A stretch of DNA of 64,000 nucleotides from Lingula anatina (GCA_051362555.1 CM120644.1:3480954-3544953), one strand, 5' to 3'. Positions 13,104-28,108 are shown, counted from the first letter of the stretch. Notes: generated by a model from the letters alone, not told the origin. Program-made: numbers and translations.

Positions 13104-16100
13104 GGTGCGGAGATAAGATGATAGCTTCAAGTGGCTTGGAACAATGCCTTCGCGTGACACTATGATCACTTATTGGTTATTCATTTTTACTATTATCATT
13201 GTTGTCGTATCTTATCGACTATGCCCTAAAAACTTGTTTGTTTGGGTGACAAGATAACAGCTGTAAGTGGTTAGAAACAATATCACCGCGTGACACTAGA
13301 ATCAGCACAAGCACTTCTTAACTATTATCATTGTTGTCGTATCTTACTGACACTGCGCTAAAAACTGAAATGATAATTTAATAGCACAAACGGCCAAAAT
13401 ATTTATCTTTAATTTGGTTATTTATTCACTTATCATACTATATTAATGTTATCGTAAAAATCTGTTTCATAATGAAAATGATAGCTGATAACAGGAGGGA
13501 ATCATACATGAAGCACAAACTCTTCATTGCAATGTCTATTGCTGCGGAATATACATCCATTTTTAATTTGGCCATTCGGGAAATCATTTACGTGTAGGTA
13601 AGGTTAACTACAGAGGAAAATTCAAATGTTAAATATTAACTTGTGTAATAAACACCGATTACTGGTATCTGTATATCTCCATTTTGTTTTTGTGTAATTT
13701 CAATGCAGGTTTCAATCGCGGTATAGATTTTGGCAAATATTTCCAAGACAAAATGACAGAAAATATTACCTGGTGTTTCCTTCTTTTTAGGAATCTGCAT
13801 TAAGCTAAAACAATTGACTAAAATGGGGAATAATCCAACAGTAAACACTTTGTGACACAAAGAGACAGGCATTATAAGCATTGGGTTCATGCAAAATTGT
13901 CAGTGTAGGCTAAACGTTATGATTTGTTTTCTTATTTCCTTGGCAATCTATACTCGGTTTGTCACTGGGTAATGGTAGACAAAAGTGTGACGGTTTATTT
14001 CAGTGTGGTCATCCTATAAAACCAATAGACGGTGACTTTGATAAAGGTTCAGAATTGGTAATTACGTAAATTAAAAAAAAAATCTTTGAATCAACCAACA
14101 ATACTACTTTCAATACGATAATTGAAGGTAAAGGGACAAACAATCATTTCATAACCATAAATGAAACAGTCTACTTTTTTTAGTCTGGCAGCAAATTTAC
14201 TATGATGTTGGTCTTTGGGCGATCATATTTCTTTATATATTGCACTTTGAAAAAGGGCATTTACCCTTCATATTTAAAGGTATATTCTATTTTTCATATG
14301 AAGTGACACTTGTGTCGTACAATAAATGCCCTAATGCTGCACATCAAATATCACAAATAACAATTCTGGACCATCAAATCACCCTTTTTCTTTTACAAAA
14401 ACTAACTTAAATGTGTTTGTTTCACACATGAAGTCGCTGAGGTGAAGGTAAAACGATATATATAATATTTATGAAACCAAAGTTTTCCATCTCTGTCATG
14501 ACATATTCATATTTCTAATATAAAGTCACACTTGCGAAACTAATAATTGCCGTTGTGCTGCATTCCAAACACGTGGGTTAAAACAGTTTCAATGAAACCA
14601 TGAACGACATCAATATATATATATATATACAGACTTGACATTTAATATGGAATATTATTTTCGAAATAATTTTTTATCATTTTTTTCCTATTTTGCTGAC
14701 TGATAAATGAAAATAAGGATTAAAATCGTGTTTTAATAACTTTAAATTAACTCTTTGATGGCATTCTGACTTCAGTTCATTAATGGAATTCGCCAGAGAA
14801 GCAAACAAAAACACATTGCCTATACTATGTGATACGACTCCCATTAAAAGAGATATTTTGGATCTCCATATTTTCCAAATTATCGTCTGTAAAAGGGTAA
14901 TACTCTCCACAAAAGACCCTCATGTCAGTTGCTGGTCACAGTTATGGTCGTTATTACGTCTGGCCTCTTCGTGGCTGTTGCCAGCGCTCTCAAGCGGCAA
15001 GGCATTTCTTGGGGGTAGGTTTTTAAAGTTCAATCTGGAATAGCATCCCAGGCAACGGTCTAAAATTGTCCAATCTGGCCCAGTTTTGTTGTAGGGCATG
15101 TAGGCAGTTGATTGGTGAGTAATGGTCTACCGAAATATTGTCTATGTGGTTCAAATGTGGCGATTTTGATGACCAGGGTAGCTGCTCATTCCCTTGGTTC
15201 TGCAAGTTATCTGCTATAAAAAGTGCTCTGTGTGAACCTGCAATCTCATCGTGCAACCTAGAATTGTTCCTAAGGTGCCCCCTATCAAATGATAGTCAAG
15301 TGGTTCCAAGATTATTCCTTTATTTGATCTGGTTCAGGTTTTCGTCGACGACTACCATTGGTGTTTTGGCACCAATGTGGAATCTACTCCAAATACTGAT
15401 ACTGTCAATCACCCTTGTCACTTTAGACCCAGCATATGCTTCGTTGTAGGCCTCTTCTGGATATCTGTAAACTCTGTTTTGACTAGTTGGGCAGTACAGG
15501 TGAAATCTGACCTCAATAAAGAAAGCCACGCAGTTTCAGTGTTCTACCCAGAATCGTTCATGGCCCCAAATTCATTAGAGAAACAGACGACGATGCTTTG
15601 CTGTATACAGTGGGTACCTCGGTCATTTGGTGTTCTTACCTGCTAAAACCAGTTTGGTGTTCGCTAAGGGCTTTAAAAAACGCATTTTAGTGGCAATTTA
15701 CCCCTCGTTCTGAACGGACTAAGTGATTTCTGTTTAGTTGCAGTAGCGTATCCCGAAAGACAGTGGGTCCTGTACCCTGTAGGTAAAATTTCGATACATT
15801 GGGGGTGACCTCTGTGTAGGTACATCAGTCTGGGCATTACTCTATAAAACTGTGGGGACCGTTCCGTTTGGCGCTAGGATCTGTCTGGTTATGCATGTCT
15901 TTTTCGCGCCATTCTGCCTTAGATTAACAAATTTGTAATGTACTACTTGACTCATCTTACGCACTGCAAAACTGACCGCTTGCATGCAAAATTTCAAATT
16001 CTTCTATGCAGTAGTTGCCGAAATATGGATACTTTTTTTGACAGAACCAAGCTTTGCCTAAGCCAAGCTTTGATCAGCCCAAAGGAACACTACCCAATTA

Positions 16101-19100
16101 AATCACTGCCAAGTACATAATGTAGCAGCGCAACATGCATGAAAGTCAGTTAATTGGTAGTGACACACCTGACTGCACACTTTTACATTCACAAATCTTA
16201 TATGAGATCGGAGTTGAAAAAATAACTTTTTTTTTACCTAGGTATACCTTCGAAACTGAAATATTCCATATTAAATGTCAAGTCTGTATATATATGGTAC
16301 ATACTCAAATTCATCAAAAAATGTAAAAAAATATTTTTAAATTCATCAGAATAAAATATTAACTAGGCCTTTTAAGAAAAATTGCTGGCAGGGATTGGAA
16401 TACCAAATTGTGTTATTAAAACTTTTAATTTTATTATTATTTTATTTTTTATTAACAATTATTGCGTCAAAACGGTGTTTGTGGTAACTCGGGTAAAGGA
16501 AGTTTGAGAAACCAAATTTATCATTTTTATCCCAAAATCGCAATTATGACGTCACTCATAATATGATATGAGATGAGTGAATGTGAATTTATTTGGTCCA
16601 TGAACTCATAATATTTATCTGTTATCCAAAGAGTGTATGTCAGGCACTAAATTAGGAGTCCTAGCAAGTGCTTACGATAATCTTGAGAGCAGCAGTAATG
16701 CTCATACTAGTTTATTGTACTGCATTGTTTAAACTGGATAATTTTTATATTGCTATACTAGATGTGTGTTTAGTGAAAAATTCTTATAAATTAAAAACCT
16801 TAGAAGGATTTAATTATATAAGCTTTTGTTTCTCAGATCAGGTATATAGTTAAGAGTTGCAACTGTGCATTTCTTTTCATAGTGATTGTTAGTCATAGTC
16901 ATTAGCTGGCGCACTTGGTACCCAGTCGCTTGCATTTCCTCCTTCAAACCCAGTAAGGGTTTATAATTTTAGAGATAATAAATAACTTTTATGTAAAAGA
17001 TGTCGTTAAGGGATTTTAATAGAGTTATTTAAAGAATGTAAATACAGTGAGATTATTTTGATATTAATACATAAAATGCATGGACCCTCAAGCACTAACG
17101 AGTAGCGTCTGGCAGACATAAAAAGGTGGCAGAACCATTGTAACAGTGTACATGTATGGAACATTTTGTGAATAACACACTCTGCTTTCAAAGTTTTACT
17201 ATTGAAATCACTTTCCTGTACAGACACATCTGTGTCTTTACAAATAGCCATCACCTGCGTCTGGCGTCACCATCTCCATCTCCTTTGTCACTTTTTGAGA
17301 TAACATGATAGAAGTGGAAAATCCTTCGACTTTCTGTCTTCAAACTTGCAGGACTAATGAATGTACATAAAATACAGATCGAGTTCGAAAATAAGCTTGA
17401 TCGGACCATTATTTCTCTAAGTTACGCCGTTTCTACAGATGTATTGAACTCTATGCAGTATAGATAACAATTCTGAAGACAAAACGCTAAGGTCTACCGG
17501 TTCGTTTATTTTTTTTAGATTTTTCCCATATGTTACGCATCTTTTCCGTCGGTATAATTTTTAACTTTTCCAAAGAATTCCACACGGTACAATCGTTTGT
17601 CACCTTTTCATACTGACGAAATAATTTGGCAAGTATATTATTTTTGTCTTTATTATAAGGACGAGTTCGATGACATTTCATTAAAAAAACTAAGCCCTTG
17701 CCTACCTAACTGGACGTATTTTCAGTTGTTAATATACTTAAAAGGACACATACCCTGTACTCGATACTGATTTGTCAAATTGATTATGCATGCATTTCAC
17801 TCAAGTGCAAGTGGTGGGTTTGAATAATGATGTATCAGAGCCACCACGAGTTGAATTTGAAAACATTGAAAATCAATAACTACGAATCTATACTAGTACG
17901 GATAGGATGGAGGTGCAAAACTGTCAAATACTCGACAACTAAAATTTAGCCAAGTTAAAAATGATGTATACAGATATTATTACATTTAATATACATGGCA
18001 TCTAGCAGGCAGATTGAAGATCTCAAGTACTCCTTATTTGCCTTCAGACTCCTTAATATATCGCATCACAAATTTTCAAAGCGAAAAAACTCGAGAAATC
18101 ACGCCAAAAACTCAAAAACTTAAACTTTTCCTGTGTTACATCTTTGATCATTATCAGTTTAACCTTTTACTTACCTAGAGACCTGCCTCAGCAATAAAAT
18201 TCTGGCTGAAGCATGAAAATAAAAATGTACCCCCGGAAGACACACACAAAGCATGTCGTGATAATACTTATTGTAGTAAACCATTAATTGTAGTTATAGT
18301 TTGAATGTAATTTGGATATTGATTCAGACAGGTGGATTTGAAGTGTATCTGTAGTCTGGGAACAACGCTTGGACTTATCATGGTTGCTCAGCGTCCTTGT
18401 TTTATGTGGAGGCTTCTCACCCAGTAAAGCCTACTGAGAAGAAGTTGTTTCTGAGGAAGTTGGCAGCTATGAGATATCAGAAAAGTGTGAAGTATCACTA
18501 TAAACAGATTAAAAAACTGGAGAGGGGGATTTCATTGGACAGTCCCAGAACTGCGCCACAGCGCGAGCCTGCCCCTCCAACCATGTTTGAAAGTCCTGCG
18601 TTGTATGATTGAAGTGAGTTTGAAACTGTTAAGGATTTAGTGCAAACTGTAAAAGTACCAAAAGAATTAAAAGTAAACTGCTCAACATGGTGTATGTGGT
18701 GCAGGGATATGCGTTGACTACCCATCGACACCATGTTAATTATGAAAAAATACTCTTTAATAGTAGAAGCTTTTAAACCAGAATGTAGGGGTATTCACAC
18801 AAGCAAGTTAACCGCGGTTAATTAAACTCAGATTAAATCTTATGCTTTCCAAATGTAAGCATCTGGCCTTGACACGATTCAAAGTTAGCTTCGATTTAAC
18901 CCTACTCCCGAACTGGGTTCATTAGGATCTCGGTCAGGGCTAAGTATAGTCCGTTCAAATGAAAAAAAAAAAAAAAAAAAACACGATAGGACCTCGATCG
19001 GGCCTTAACTGCGGTCGAAATTCCCATTTTGAATGTGGTATATGTAGTGCACAAAACTCTTCTATACACTGATACAGTGCGGCTGCCACCTTTGCTTACT

Positions 19101-19352
19101 GGACGTGACTCTTAAGTGCTGGAGGGTCCTTACATTTATGTATTGATATTATACAAGTATTAATGTGTTGTTTACAATGCATTAATTGTGGAATTTTGAA
19201 TTTCATGTGAAGACTTATCATCCCTGTAACCACGAGGCATCGGAAATAGGGCTGTAACTTTCTATCAAAAATAAAATGGCGTCCCAATGCGACCAAGGTG
19301 AGTGCATATCTTTTGACCCCGCTTGTCAAACTGTAACTGTAGCGCGTAGCAG
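13104..19352 (+). repeat. Duplicated module, copy B, interrupted by Tc1 and other insertions
   Basis: Collinear with 2026-4695 in three blocks (13104-14610, 16300-16800, 18984-19352). Confidence 0.85.
14630..16286 (-). mobile_element. Full-length but defective Tc1-family DNA transposon
   Basis: TIRs CAGACTTGACATTTAATATGGAATATT, flanked by TA within a (TA)n tract. Transposase remnants FFIEVRF, SISIWS, KTPMVVVDENLN and LPWSSKSPHLNHIDNI resemble Tc1 FSDESRF, SVMVW and WPxxSPDLNPIEN. Confidence 0.93.
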
Positions 19353-19364
19353 CCTTTTAAGGCT

Positions 19365-19990
19365 AGACGCTACGGGCCTGAAAACAGTTTTTATTTCCTC
19401 GGTGATCTATACTTGGTTTGACACTAGATTATAATGGACAAATGTATGACGGTTTATTTCAAGGTTGTCGTCCTATAAAACCAATGGGCCGTGACATTGA
19501 TAGAGGGCGCCATAGTCAGAGAAAGGTACGAAAAATAGACATTTTAGCCTTGTTGTCAATATTTGATCGGTAATTACGTAATTTTCCAACTGACTTAAAT
19601 CCCCAAAATCTCTGAATCAATCAACAATATTATTTTCAATAAGTTAAGTTATTTTGAAGGCTAAGGAACAAACATTCTCTTCATTATTATAATTGAAACC
19701 GTCTACTTTTCTATACGATTGTGACAAATTGACTATGGTGGTGTTCTTTGGGAGATCATATTTCTCTTTGTATTGCACTGAATAAATTACAATTTTCCCT
19801 GTCCACTAAAAGGTATATTACTATCTGTCATATGAAGTCACATTTATATTACTTTAATAAATGCCGTAATGCTGCCCATCAAATATCGTAAATAAAAAAA
19901 TCTGGACCGGCAAGCAACACTTTTTTCAGTTACAAAAACTAGCTTAAAATGTATTTATTTCACACATTAAGTATCCGAAATGCAGGCTAA
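19365..19990 (+). repeat. Partial module copy C
   Basis: Matches about 2800-3380 and 13905-14455 (CCTATAAAACCAATGGG...TACAAAAACTAGCTTAAA). Confidence 0.85.
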
Positions 19991-20049
19991 ATGATGATTA
20001 AATATTTGTGGAGATATGAAAATTCAAAATAAAACCAGGTAACATATCT

Positions 20050-20888
20050 AATATCATTGAGTTAATTTTGACAGTACATTGTCCATGAACAGACAAATTT
20101 CTAACGTATCTAAAACATATATGTTCAATATTAGAAACATTGGTTCCTTACGAAAACATTTAACCGACTCTACTACAGCAACAGTTATACATGCCCTGGT
20201 TACATCAAGACTTGATTTCTGCAACTCCCTTCTTTATGGATCTTCAGAGGAACAAATCAAACGCTTACAGCGTGTACAGAATATATCTGCTCGTCTACTG
20301 AACCGCACTCCAAAAGACACCACATTACTCCTGTTTTAATGATGTTGCACTGGCTCCCTGTCCGAGCACGCATTTTATTCAAACTTTTAACATTTGCACA
20401 TGCAGCATTTTATAAACTTGCACCTTCTTATTTAAATGAGCTTGTTTTACACTACGTGCCATCAAGAAATCTCAGATCAGGTGATCACCTTCTTCTTAAG
20501 GCTTATAAGGCAAGATTAGTGTCATACGGTGATAAAGCTTTTAAATTTGCAGCACCAAAAGAATGGAATATTTTACCCATCAGTCTTAGACAAATTGTGG
20601 ACCCTGAACATTTTTAAAAGGAACTAAAAACCCTCCTTTTTAAACAATATTATTTTTAAATTCTTGAAAAAAACACTTCTTAAGAAAAAATGTTCTTAGT
20701 CATAGTTTTAAATTTCCCCTTTTTATCCATTTTATATATCCCTTTTTTTAATCTTTAATATTTTTCTATAATCATTTTCCTTTTTTTTTTTCATCTTATA
20801 ACCATTAGCAATATTTTTCTTTTAATTTGAATTTTATAATTTTTGTAAAGTCTACTGAACTTATGTTGGATTTTAGAATATAAATAAA

Positions 20889-20930
<42 letters not shown>
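20050..20930 (+). mobile_element. L2-clade LINE 3' fragment
   Basis: HALVTSRLDFCNSLLYG, LQRVQN.SARL, LHWLPVRARI.FK and AAPKEWNILP motifs; AATAAA followed by an (ATT)n tail at about 20888-20930. Confidence 0.92.
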
Positions 20931-22311
20931 CTATTTGTCATCTTGCTCGACGCGCATCTATCCGCTAATATAGGCATATATGATACCCATTACAAGTGCA
21001 TTTACTATTGATAAATTGGTTTTTAAAACAGGTAATTGAAATATTATCAATATCAATATGTATAAACTATTAGGTGAGGTAACTTGTACAAGCATGTAAC
21101 AAAACAGTTAAGATTTAATTCATAGAAAAAGCCTTACTGTTCTAACGAGATACCAGATCCCTACACGGCTTATTACTTCTCAGATATTTGTATACATGAA
21201 TAATTATACCAAAAAATATTATATTTAATTTTAAAGCTCTGATCACAAAAAAATGGAAATGTATTAATGTATTAATCGGTACATGACAGTGTATGTTTGT
21301 GAGAAGTTAGTAAACCTTATCGTCATGTTACAAGGCCGGGGTTTTGAATCGGACAGTGGATCTAATCTTACAAGAGTGAAAGAAATCTCACACATGCCTC
21401 TACCTCACCCACCGTTGTTCAGACCCCTGAGACTACTGCGTCTACATCTGCCGCAATATGTACTTTAAGATATTAAAGATATTAAATTGAAACTACGAAA
21501 TATAGGAGTCAATATCATGCTATGCACAGAAAAGTGTAGAAAAGCACATTGAAACGTTTGGAAATGGCAATTTAGTGTCTGTAGGTGGCTAGTTTTGACA
21601 TTGCTCTTGAATTAGATTCAGAAAAAGCTTTCAACTTGGCATTTTGTATAATCCTTGTTGTAAACGTTAACTCGTTGTAAGACTGACAACCCCACTGGAA
21701 GAATAAAACATACATGACAGACATTATTTTGTATTCTCAAGCAGGACCCGAACCCCATTCTCGTCTGCTCCAGTCAAAATTCATTTAGACATGGCATCAA
21801 TAGGGCTTTGAAACCCGGTTATGAGAAAGGCAGTACTATGCATGCATCTAATATATGGATGTGAAAGCATGCATATAAATCCAGTAACATTTGCGGACAT
21901 TAATCCCTCATCCTCGATTTATCTCAGGGGAGGGGGGATCTAGAGGTATTTTCTGAGTCTTCCAAATTATTTTTGTTGATCCATCTTCCATTTTTGACCA
22001 TCTTCCGACAGAAAAAATTATATACCCGTCAATGTAAACTTTAAAATTTTTGACCGTCGTCTAGAAGACAAAAGACTGCCTTTATCCGCCCCTTTATCTA
22101 TTCTTTTTGCAGAAAAAATTCTCGTAAAACACCGCACAACATATGAGTTAAGCTGTTACGCTCCGTATAGCCCCTGGTATCAAAGGAGCCTCTAAAATAG
22201 TATACAAAATTGAAGAATAGCAGATCACCAGTGGACCCTGTGGTCAGAGAGTACCGTGGCAGATATATTGTAGTCATGACGGTGAACCGTATGACCATTT
22301 CCAAAAAAAAA

Positions 22312-22314
<3 letters not shown>

Positions 22315-22377
<63 letters not shown>
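22315..22377. repeat. (TA)n microsatellite
   Basis: Direct reading. Confidence 0.98.
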
Positions 22378-22381
<4 letters not shown>

Positions 22382-22739
22382 ATAGATAGATAGATTGAAT
22401 AAATACAAATTCTGAATCAACTTTTGCATTGCATCACTTACACTGTATGACTCATTGCCGAAAGTAAAGGGATGGAGTTGTGTAGTCTTATGACATGATG
22501 CAGAGTGTTCTTGTGCAAGTCGTAGCAGATAGCAGTGATATTACCGAGGAATCAATTGATGGACACAGAACAATTTGTTGCTTCCCGATTATTTATCAAA
22601 GACTACAGTATGGACCTAACCCATACAATGTCCAAATGTTCATGTGTATCTTACATGAGAAGTATCAGATAATAATGAAGATATCCATAAAGATGAAAAA
22701 ATTATATTTTGTAAATATTGTAATGACTTAAATATGTAT

Positions 22740-23595
22740 TCACGTTGTTAATGGTTTCATTGAACAGTTACGCACTGCATTAATAAAAAAAGTACTTAAA
22801 ACTACAATACCTTCTTTTAACCCATGTGCCATGCCATGCAGCTAGCAGCTAGCATAATGATATTTATTAGTTTCACAAATATGACCTAATATGAGAAATA
22901 TGTCTTGATAGAAATGGCAAATGTGGTTATTATAAATATGCATTTTATCATTTAGCTTGCACCTCGACGCCTTTACGTATGAAATAAACATATTTTAAGC
23001 TAGTTTTTGTAAAAGAAAAAAGTGTGGTTTGATGGTCCAGAATTGTTATTTACGATATTTGAAGTGCAGCATTACGGCATATATTGAAGTAATACAAGTG
23101 TAACTTCATAAGACAAATAGAAATATAACTTTTAATAGCCAGGGAAAATTGTATTACTCTCAGTGCAATTAATAACGAAATATGATCGCCCAAAGCCCAC
23201 CAATATAGTAAATTTGCCGCAATAGTACAGAAAAGTAGACTATGTTTCAATTAAGATTTTGAAAAGATTATTTGTTCTTTAACCTTCAAAATCCTTTATC
23301 TTATTGAAAGTAATATTGTTGATTGATTCAGATATTTTTGGGATTCAAGTCATATGTAAAATTACGTAATTACCAACCAAATATTGATAACAAGGCTAAA
23401 GTGTCCATTTTTGGCACCTTTCGCTGACTTTAGCGCCCTCTATTAATGTCACGGCCCATTGGTTTTATAGGACGACCACCCTGAAATAAACCGTCATACA
23501 TTGGTCTATCATAACCCAGTGTCAAACCGAGTATAGATTACCAAGGAAGTAAAAGTTACTTTATAAGCCTCTTTTCAGGATCAGCGTCTAGTCTA
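22740..23595 (-). repeat. Inverted module copy D
   Basis: Reverse complement of 19365-19990 and 2800-3530, e.g. CCCATTGGTTTTATAGGACGAC at about 23455 and GGTTTGATGGTCCAGAATTGTTATTT at about 23026. Confidence 0.88.
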
Positions 23596-23951
23596 TTTCA
23601 GGACAGTTTTATTTTCTTATTTACAAAATATTGTCATGGTAGATCTAGATCTGTTACAATGCACTGCATATGCTTATTATGTTGGGAACAAAGCAGTCCT
23701 TTGCAATTTGGTACAGCGCAGCGCGAGAAGGATTGTCCCATAAGTTGTGCCGTGAACATCGGTACTTGAGCTACATGGAGTTGGCATTTTTAGCTTGAGG
23801 TACACAGGAGGCGTGAGTGCGAAGTAGAAACGAATTTCCCAAAGGTATGACGGAGACCAACTAGCCCCGGTCTCCCCTAATATGAAGACATGTCGCGACT
23901 CTTGAAGGCGTGAAATTGCGTTAATTTTAAATCATCTTGTTTTCAAATAAC

Positions 23952-24198
23952 TTTTTTTAGATACATTTATTCTCCCAGAAAGAAAATATTGTTACAAATT
24001 ATCTAAATTATCCTCTGGCTCTCTCACTCACTCCTCATTCATTCGTCTTCTTTCTGAAACAAGTGTATTAATGATGCCCATTTTTTGTTAAATTTTTCTT
24101 TCTAACCTTTACTAATGTGCCTGAATTTTTCTACTTCAAAATACCACCTCATCATTTTTTCCAATTCATTAAAATTTAACTTAGCTTCTTCACTTCTC

Positions 24199-24229
<31 letters not shown>

Positions 24230-25845
24230 TACAATAAGTATTATTTGATTTAAAGCCATCTTAGCACTCAATAATATAATGTCACGACTACTTAGTTCAA
24301 TTATTGTTCTTGTAGATTTATTTAACCATCTTATTAATCTATACCATAGGTACTGAACAAGCACACATTCATAAAAAAAGATGTTCAATACTTTCTACTT
24401 CTGTTTTACAAAATGTACATACATTACTATCTTTAACCTTAATGCAATGCAAGTATTTGTTTTTTGCCAAATTTTGATGCACTATTCTATACTGAAACCA
24501 TCTCAATTTTTCCTCTGTACTTAAAAAATGTTTTTGTTAACAATTGTCCAATTGAAATTATCTTCAAAATTGAACTTATTTCCCTATTTCACTTCATATG
24601 ATGACTTGTATTGCATTTTCAGACTAGTCTTAAGTAGAATATTGTAGATTGTCCTTGACCCTTTTTTATCTTAAAGCATTACCTGTACTTCTATTAACTT
24701 TGGTCTATATGGTCTAATAAGCATATCTTTTGACATTATAATTTCGGGCCATTTTTTTCTGGATAGCACATTTTATTCCCCCAAACTGTGTGAATGAACT
24801 CATGATATTTTACCGTGCAGAGTATTTTCAAAGGAGTACATATTGCCATTTTTCCTCAAATAGACCAGCTACATTACTGACCCCTTTCATATACCAACTT
24901 TTGAAAAATATTTCTTTTCCATCTATTTTGATATTAGAATTTTTCCAGAGAATATGTCTTAACTTGTCACTAAGATTGACAGTAGTATTCAAAGATCTAA
25001 GAAATTCTACCAAATATTTTACTACTTCCTTCCAAAAATCAGTACAAAAATCACACTCTTCCCCATAATTATCCCCAAATTTCGTCAGATTTTCAGTTTT
25101 AAAACTTTGAATATCTATTAAAAGGTTTATCCATTTTAATGATTTTTCTTTATTGTTTAATTTGCCTCTTGTCCAAGTTAATTTCAAACCTTTAATAAAT
25201 GTTGTTATGTCTGTCATTTGACCCCCCCCCCCGCAGTTCTTTGGGTTGGACCAATTTTAGAGACCCTACTCCTTTTATTGTTCCATATGAAAGCGGAAAA
25301 GATGTTTTCCAACTTAGTAATAGTGTCTTAAATCAGGTTTTGGTAAAGACATAAAAAGGTGGGTCAGTTTTGGCAATAAAAGAGATTTAATCACCGTAAT
25401 TATAACTAGAGGTGTGATGTTGACTCCAATCTTCAATTTCCTTTTCTATTTTTGATATTTTATCAAAATATTTTTTTCTAAAACATTTTCAAGTTTAGGG
25501 TTAAATACAATTCCGAGCACGGTAAAGTCATTTTTTGTCCATTCCAAACCATATTCTGGACATAAAATTTCTTCTGAGTCACATTTTGCTCTTATCCAGA
25601 TAGCTTTTGTCTTTTCGAGATTTGGCTTCAACCCAGAAAACTTAAAGAATTGATCCAAAAAATCAAGGGCAGTTTTTAGACTTTCCTTAGTTTCATTTAG
25701 AAACATTATTGCATCATCAGCATATTGAAGTAAACAGTACTCCTTTTCTTTAATTTTTATACCTTTTATATTTTTTATTTCTAATTAACACTGCTAAAAT
25801 CTCAACACGCAAATTAAAAATATAAGGTGAAAGTGGGTCGCCTTT
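23952..25845 (-). mobile_element. 5'-truncated L1/Tx1-clade LINE fragment
   Basis: The minus strand reads GDPLSPYIF, LQYADD, FSGLKPNLEKTKAIW and LWKNSNIKI; a (TA)n tract lies inside at about 24203-24228. Confidence 0.9.
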
Positions 25846-27374
25846 CAAGTAACTTGCATCTACCGATAGCACGTAAAAAGGGAAGAAAGTTTCATGTGAG
25901 GCTGTAAATTGTTGGCATTTTCTTACGTATACAATGTAATTGATTTTTGTAATTTAATGGTATGACTGCTGTACCTAAAACGATGTTTAAGTGTTCTTGA
26001 AGGATCCCGTGAAAACCAGGAGATATATAGACGGCACATATAACAACTATGCCGTAATTAATGAACCATGACAGTTTGTGTAATGATCCGTCTTTTTTCT
26101 CGTTATTGAAGCCAATTTTTAGATGATTTAACATCAAGTTGACATACATTACACATAACATCAAACTAGTAGACCTAATACGCCAGGCTACGCATTAATG
26201 CAAAGACGAAGATGACTTTCTGACAGTCTCTTGTCAATGGCGTCCGTGGTATGACGCCAGAATTTTAGTTTAACTAAAATTCTGGCGTATCATCAATAGA
26301 ATTATTAAACATATACATGTACCTTGTATTCGTACCTTTGATTGGCAATCATATGCAATTCTGGTTATTAAATAATCATGTAACAATTATTTCCAGACCA
26401 TCAATTGGCAATCGTAGACATTTTAAGCCATGCAAGCCAGGAGTACAGACAATACACCAATAAATAAGAATCCAGCTTACAACTACACGTATTTCTGGAC
26501 CATGGGTTGACAGTCTTACCTGTCTGATAATTGAACATGTACATTTGGATAATATATCACAATAGAGTGCTAGTTACGTATTCTGGTATGTGTTATACCA
26601 AAGTAAGTGCATCTGGTTATTAACAAGAGTGAAAAGCAAGGGATTTTAAGTTTGTTCGACAAACTTGTATTTCAAAACACATTTAATTGATAAAAATAAT
26701 CTAGAATCAGACTTTGTTAAAACATCGTTAGCAGTGTAATATAACTCGAGTAACATAAAATGACAAGACATGGACAAAATCACCAGTGTTCAAGGTGCTT
26801 ATAATATGAATGCAAACTACCTACCAATGCCAAAATAACGTTTAAATTCTCCAATCAACTTACAAACAGGCAGTCGCCACTGAAACATTTTGACCATATA
26901 GTCGGTAGACTAGAAAATCTATTTTCAGCGTTGAAGCTTTTTGTCATAGTTGTATTTGGTAGGACTTAATAAAATATTCCTTCACTTATAATCTATTCAC
27001 CATTAGTGGGTAAAATCTTTGACCTACCACAGAACTTGACAGAACAGCTCCCATGTTCCCAAAACGCAATTGCACACAAGAAAGGGTCATTTGCAAAATA
27101 ATATGGTGATTTAAAAGCTATGTATGATTTGCATCAGAAAGGAGTGGACACATTAGCAACACAACACAAACCTTGCTGATATTGACTGCAAAGCTCTATT
27201 TGAAACACAAATACTAACGAGGTTTTCAAGGCTTCTATAATTATGTAATATGTTGGGTTTCCCGCCATTAGGCGAAGAAAAGCCATTTCCAACATCTTCT
27301 TAAGTGGCCAATATTGGGGACCACTTGACAATTCATAAACAAATAGAATCCATATTTGGCCTTAAAAAATTTCT

Positions 27375-28108
27375 AAACTATCCCAAATCCTTGATAAAAG
27401 TCAAATGGAGAGGCTTGTCCATGCCTTTATAACTTCACATCTTGACGTCGGAAACAGTCTACTGTATGGTCTTCCTACCTACCAAATAGAAAAATTGCAA
27501 TCTGTCCAAAATGCTGCAGCACGACTACTGACCAAAATCCCTCTAAGATCAAACATTTCACCCATTTTTTTCGAACTACATTGGCTTCCTGTACGGCAGC
27601 GAATTGTTTTTAAATCACTGCTGTTTGTTTTTAAATTTACCAGAGGTGAATGCCCCTCATATTTTAACTAGATGCTACATCCAAGTACAACCAGTCTCAC
27701 CAGGTCTACCAGATCCACCTCCACTCCTTGTTTTATCAGAATTGATAATAAAAAAACAACCAAAACCTACGGCCACAGGGCATTTTCTATTTCCGCACCA
27801 ATTTTATGGAATCAATTACCCTCACACATTCGGACCATTGATGGTGTTGAGGTTTTTTAGAAAGATTTAAAAACATGCTTATTTGCACAGTATTTTTATT
27901 AATATTTTCTCATTTTATCAGAAAAAAAGTTTTATTGTTCAGACCATTACTATTTTAACCAGCTTTAATTACTTTAATTGTTTTTATCTTAGCTTTTATC
28001 ATATATATAATTAGTTGTAATCCTGATAATTTTACCTGTAAACAGCACTGAGACGTTAGTGTACTGCAGTTTTAAGAAATAAATATTATTATTATTATTA
28101 TTATTATT
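27375..28108 (+). mobile_element. L2-clade LINE 3' fragment
   Basis: LVHAFITSHLDVGNSLLYG, LQSVQNAAARL, LHWLPVRQRI.FK and APILWNQLP motifs; AATAAA plus an (ATT)n tail. Confidence 0.92.

Noticed and set aside
18330-18740. ORFs 18397-18612 and 18498-18734 as a gene or Kolobok-type accessory protein
   Set aside because: No recognisable motif or consistent splice structure.
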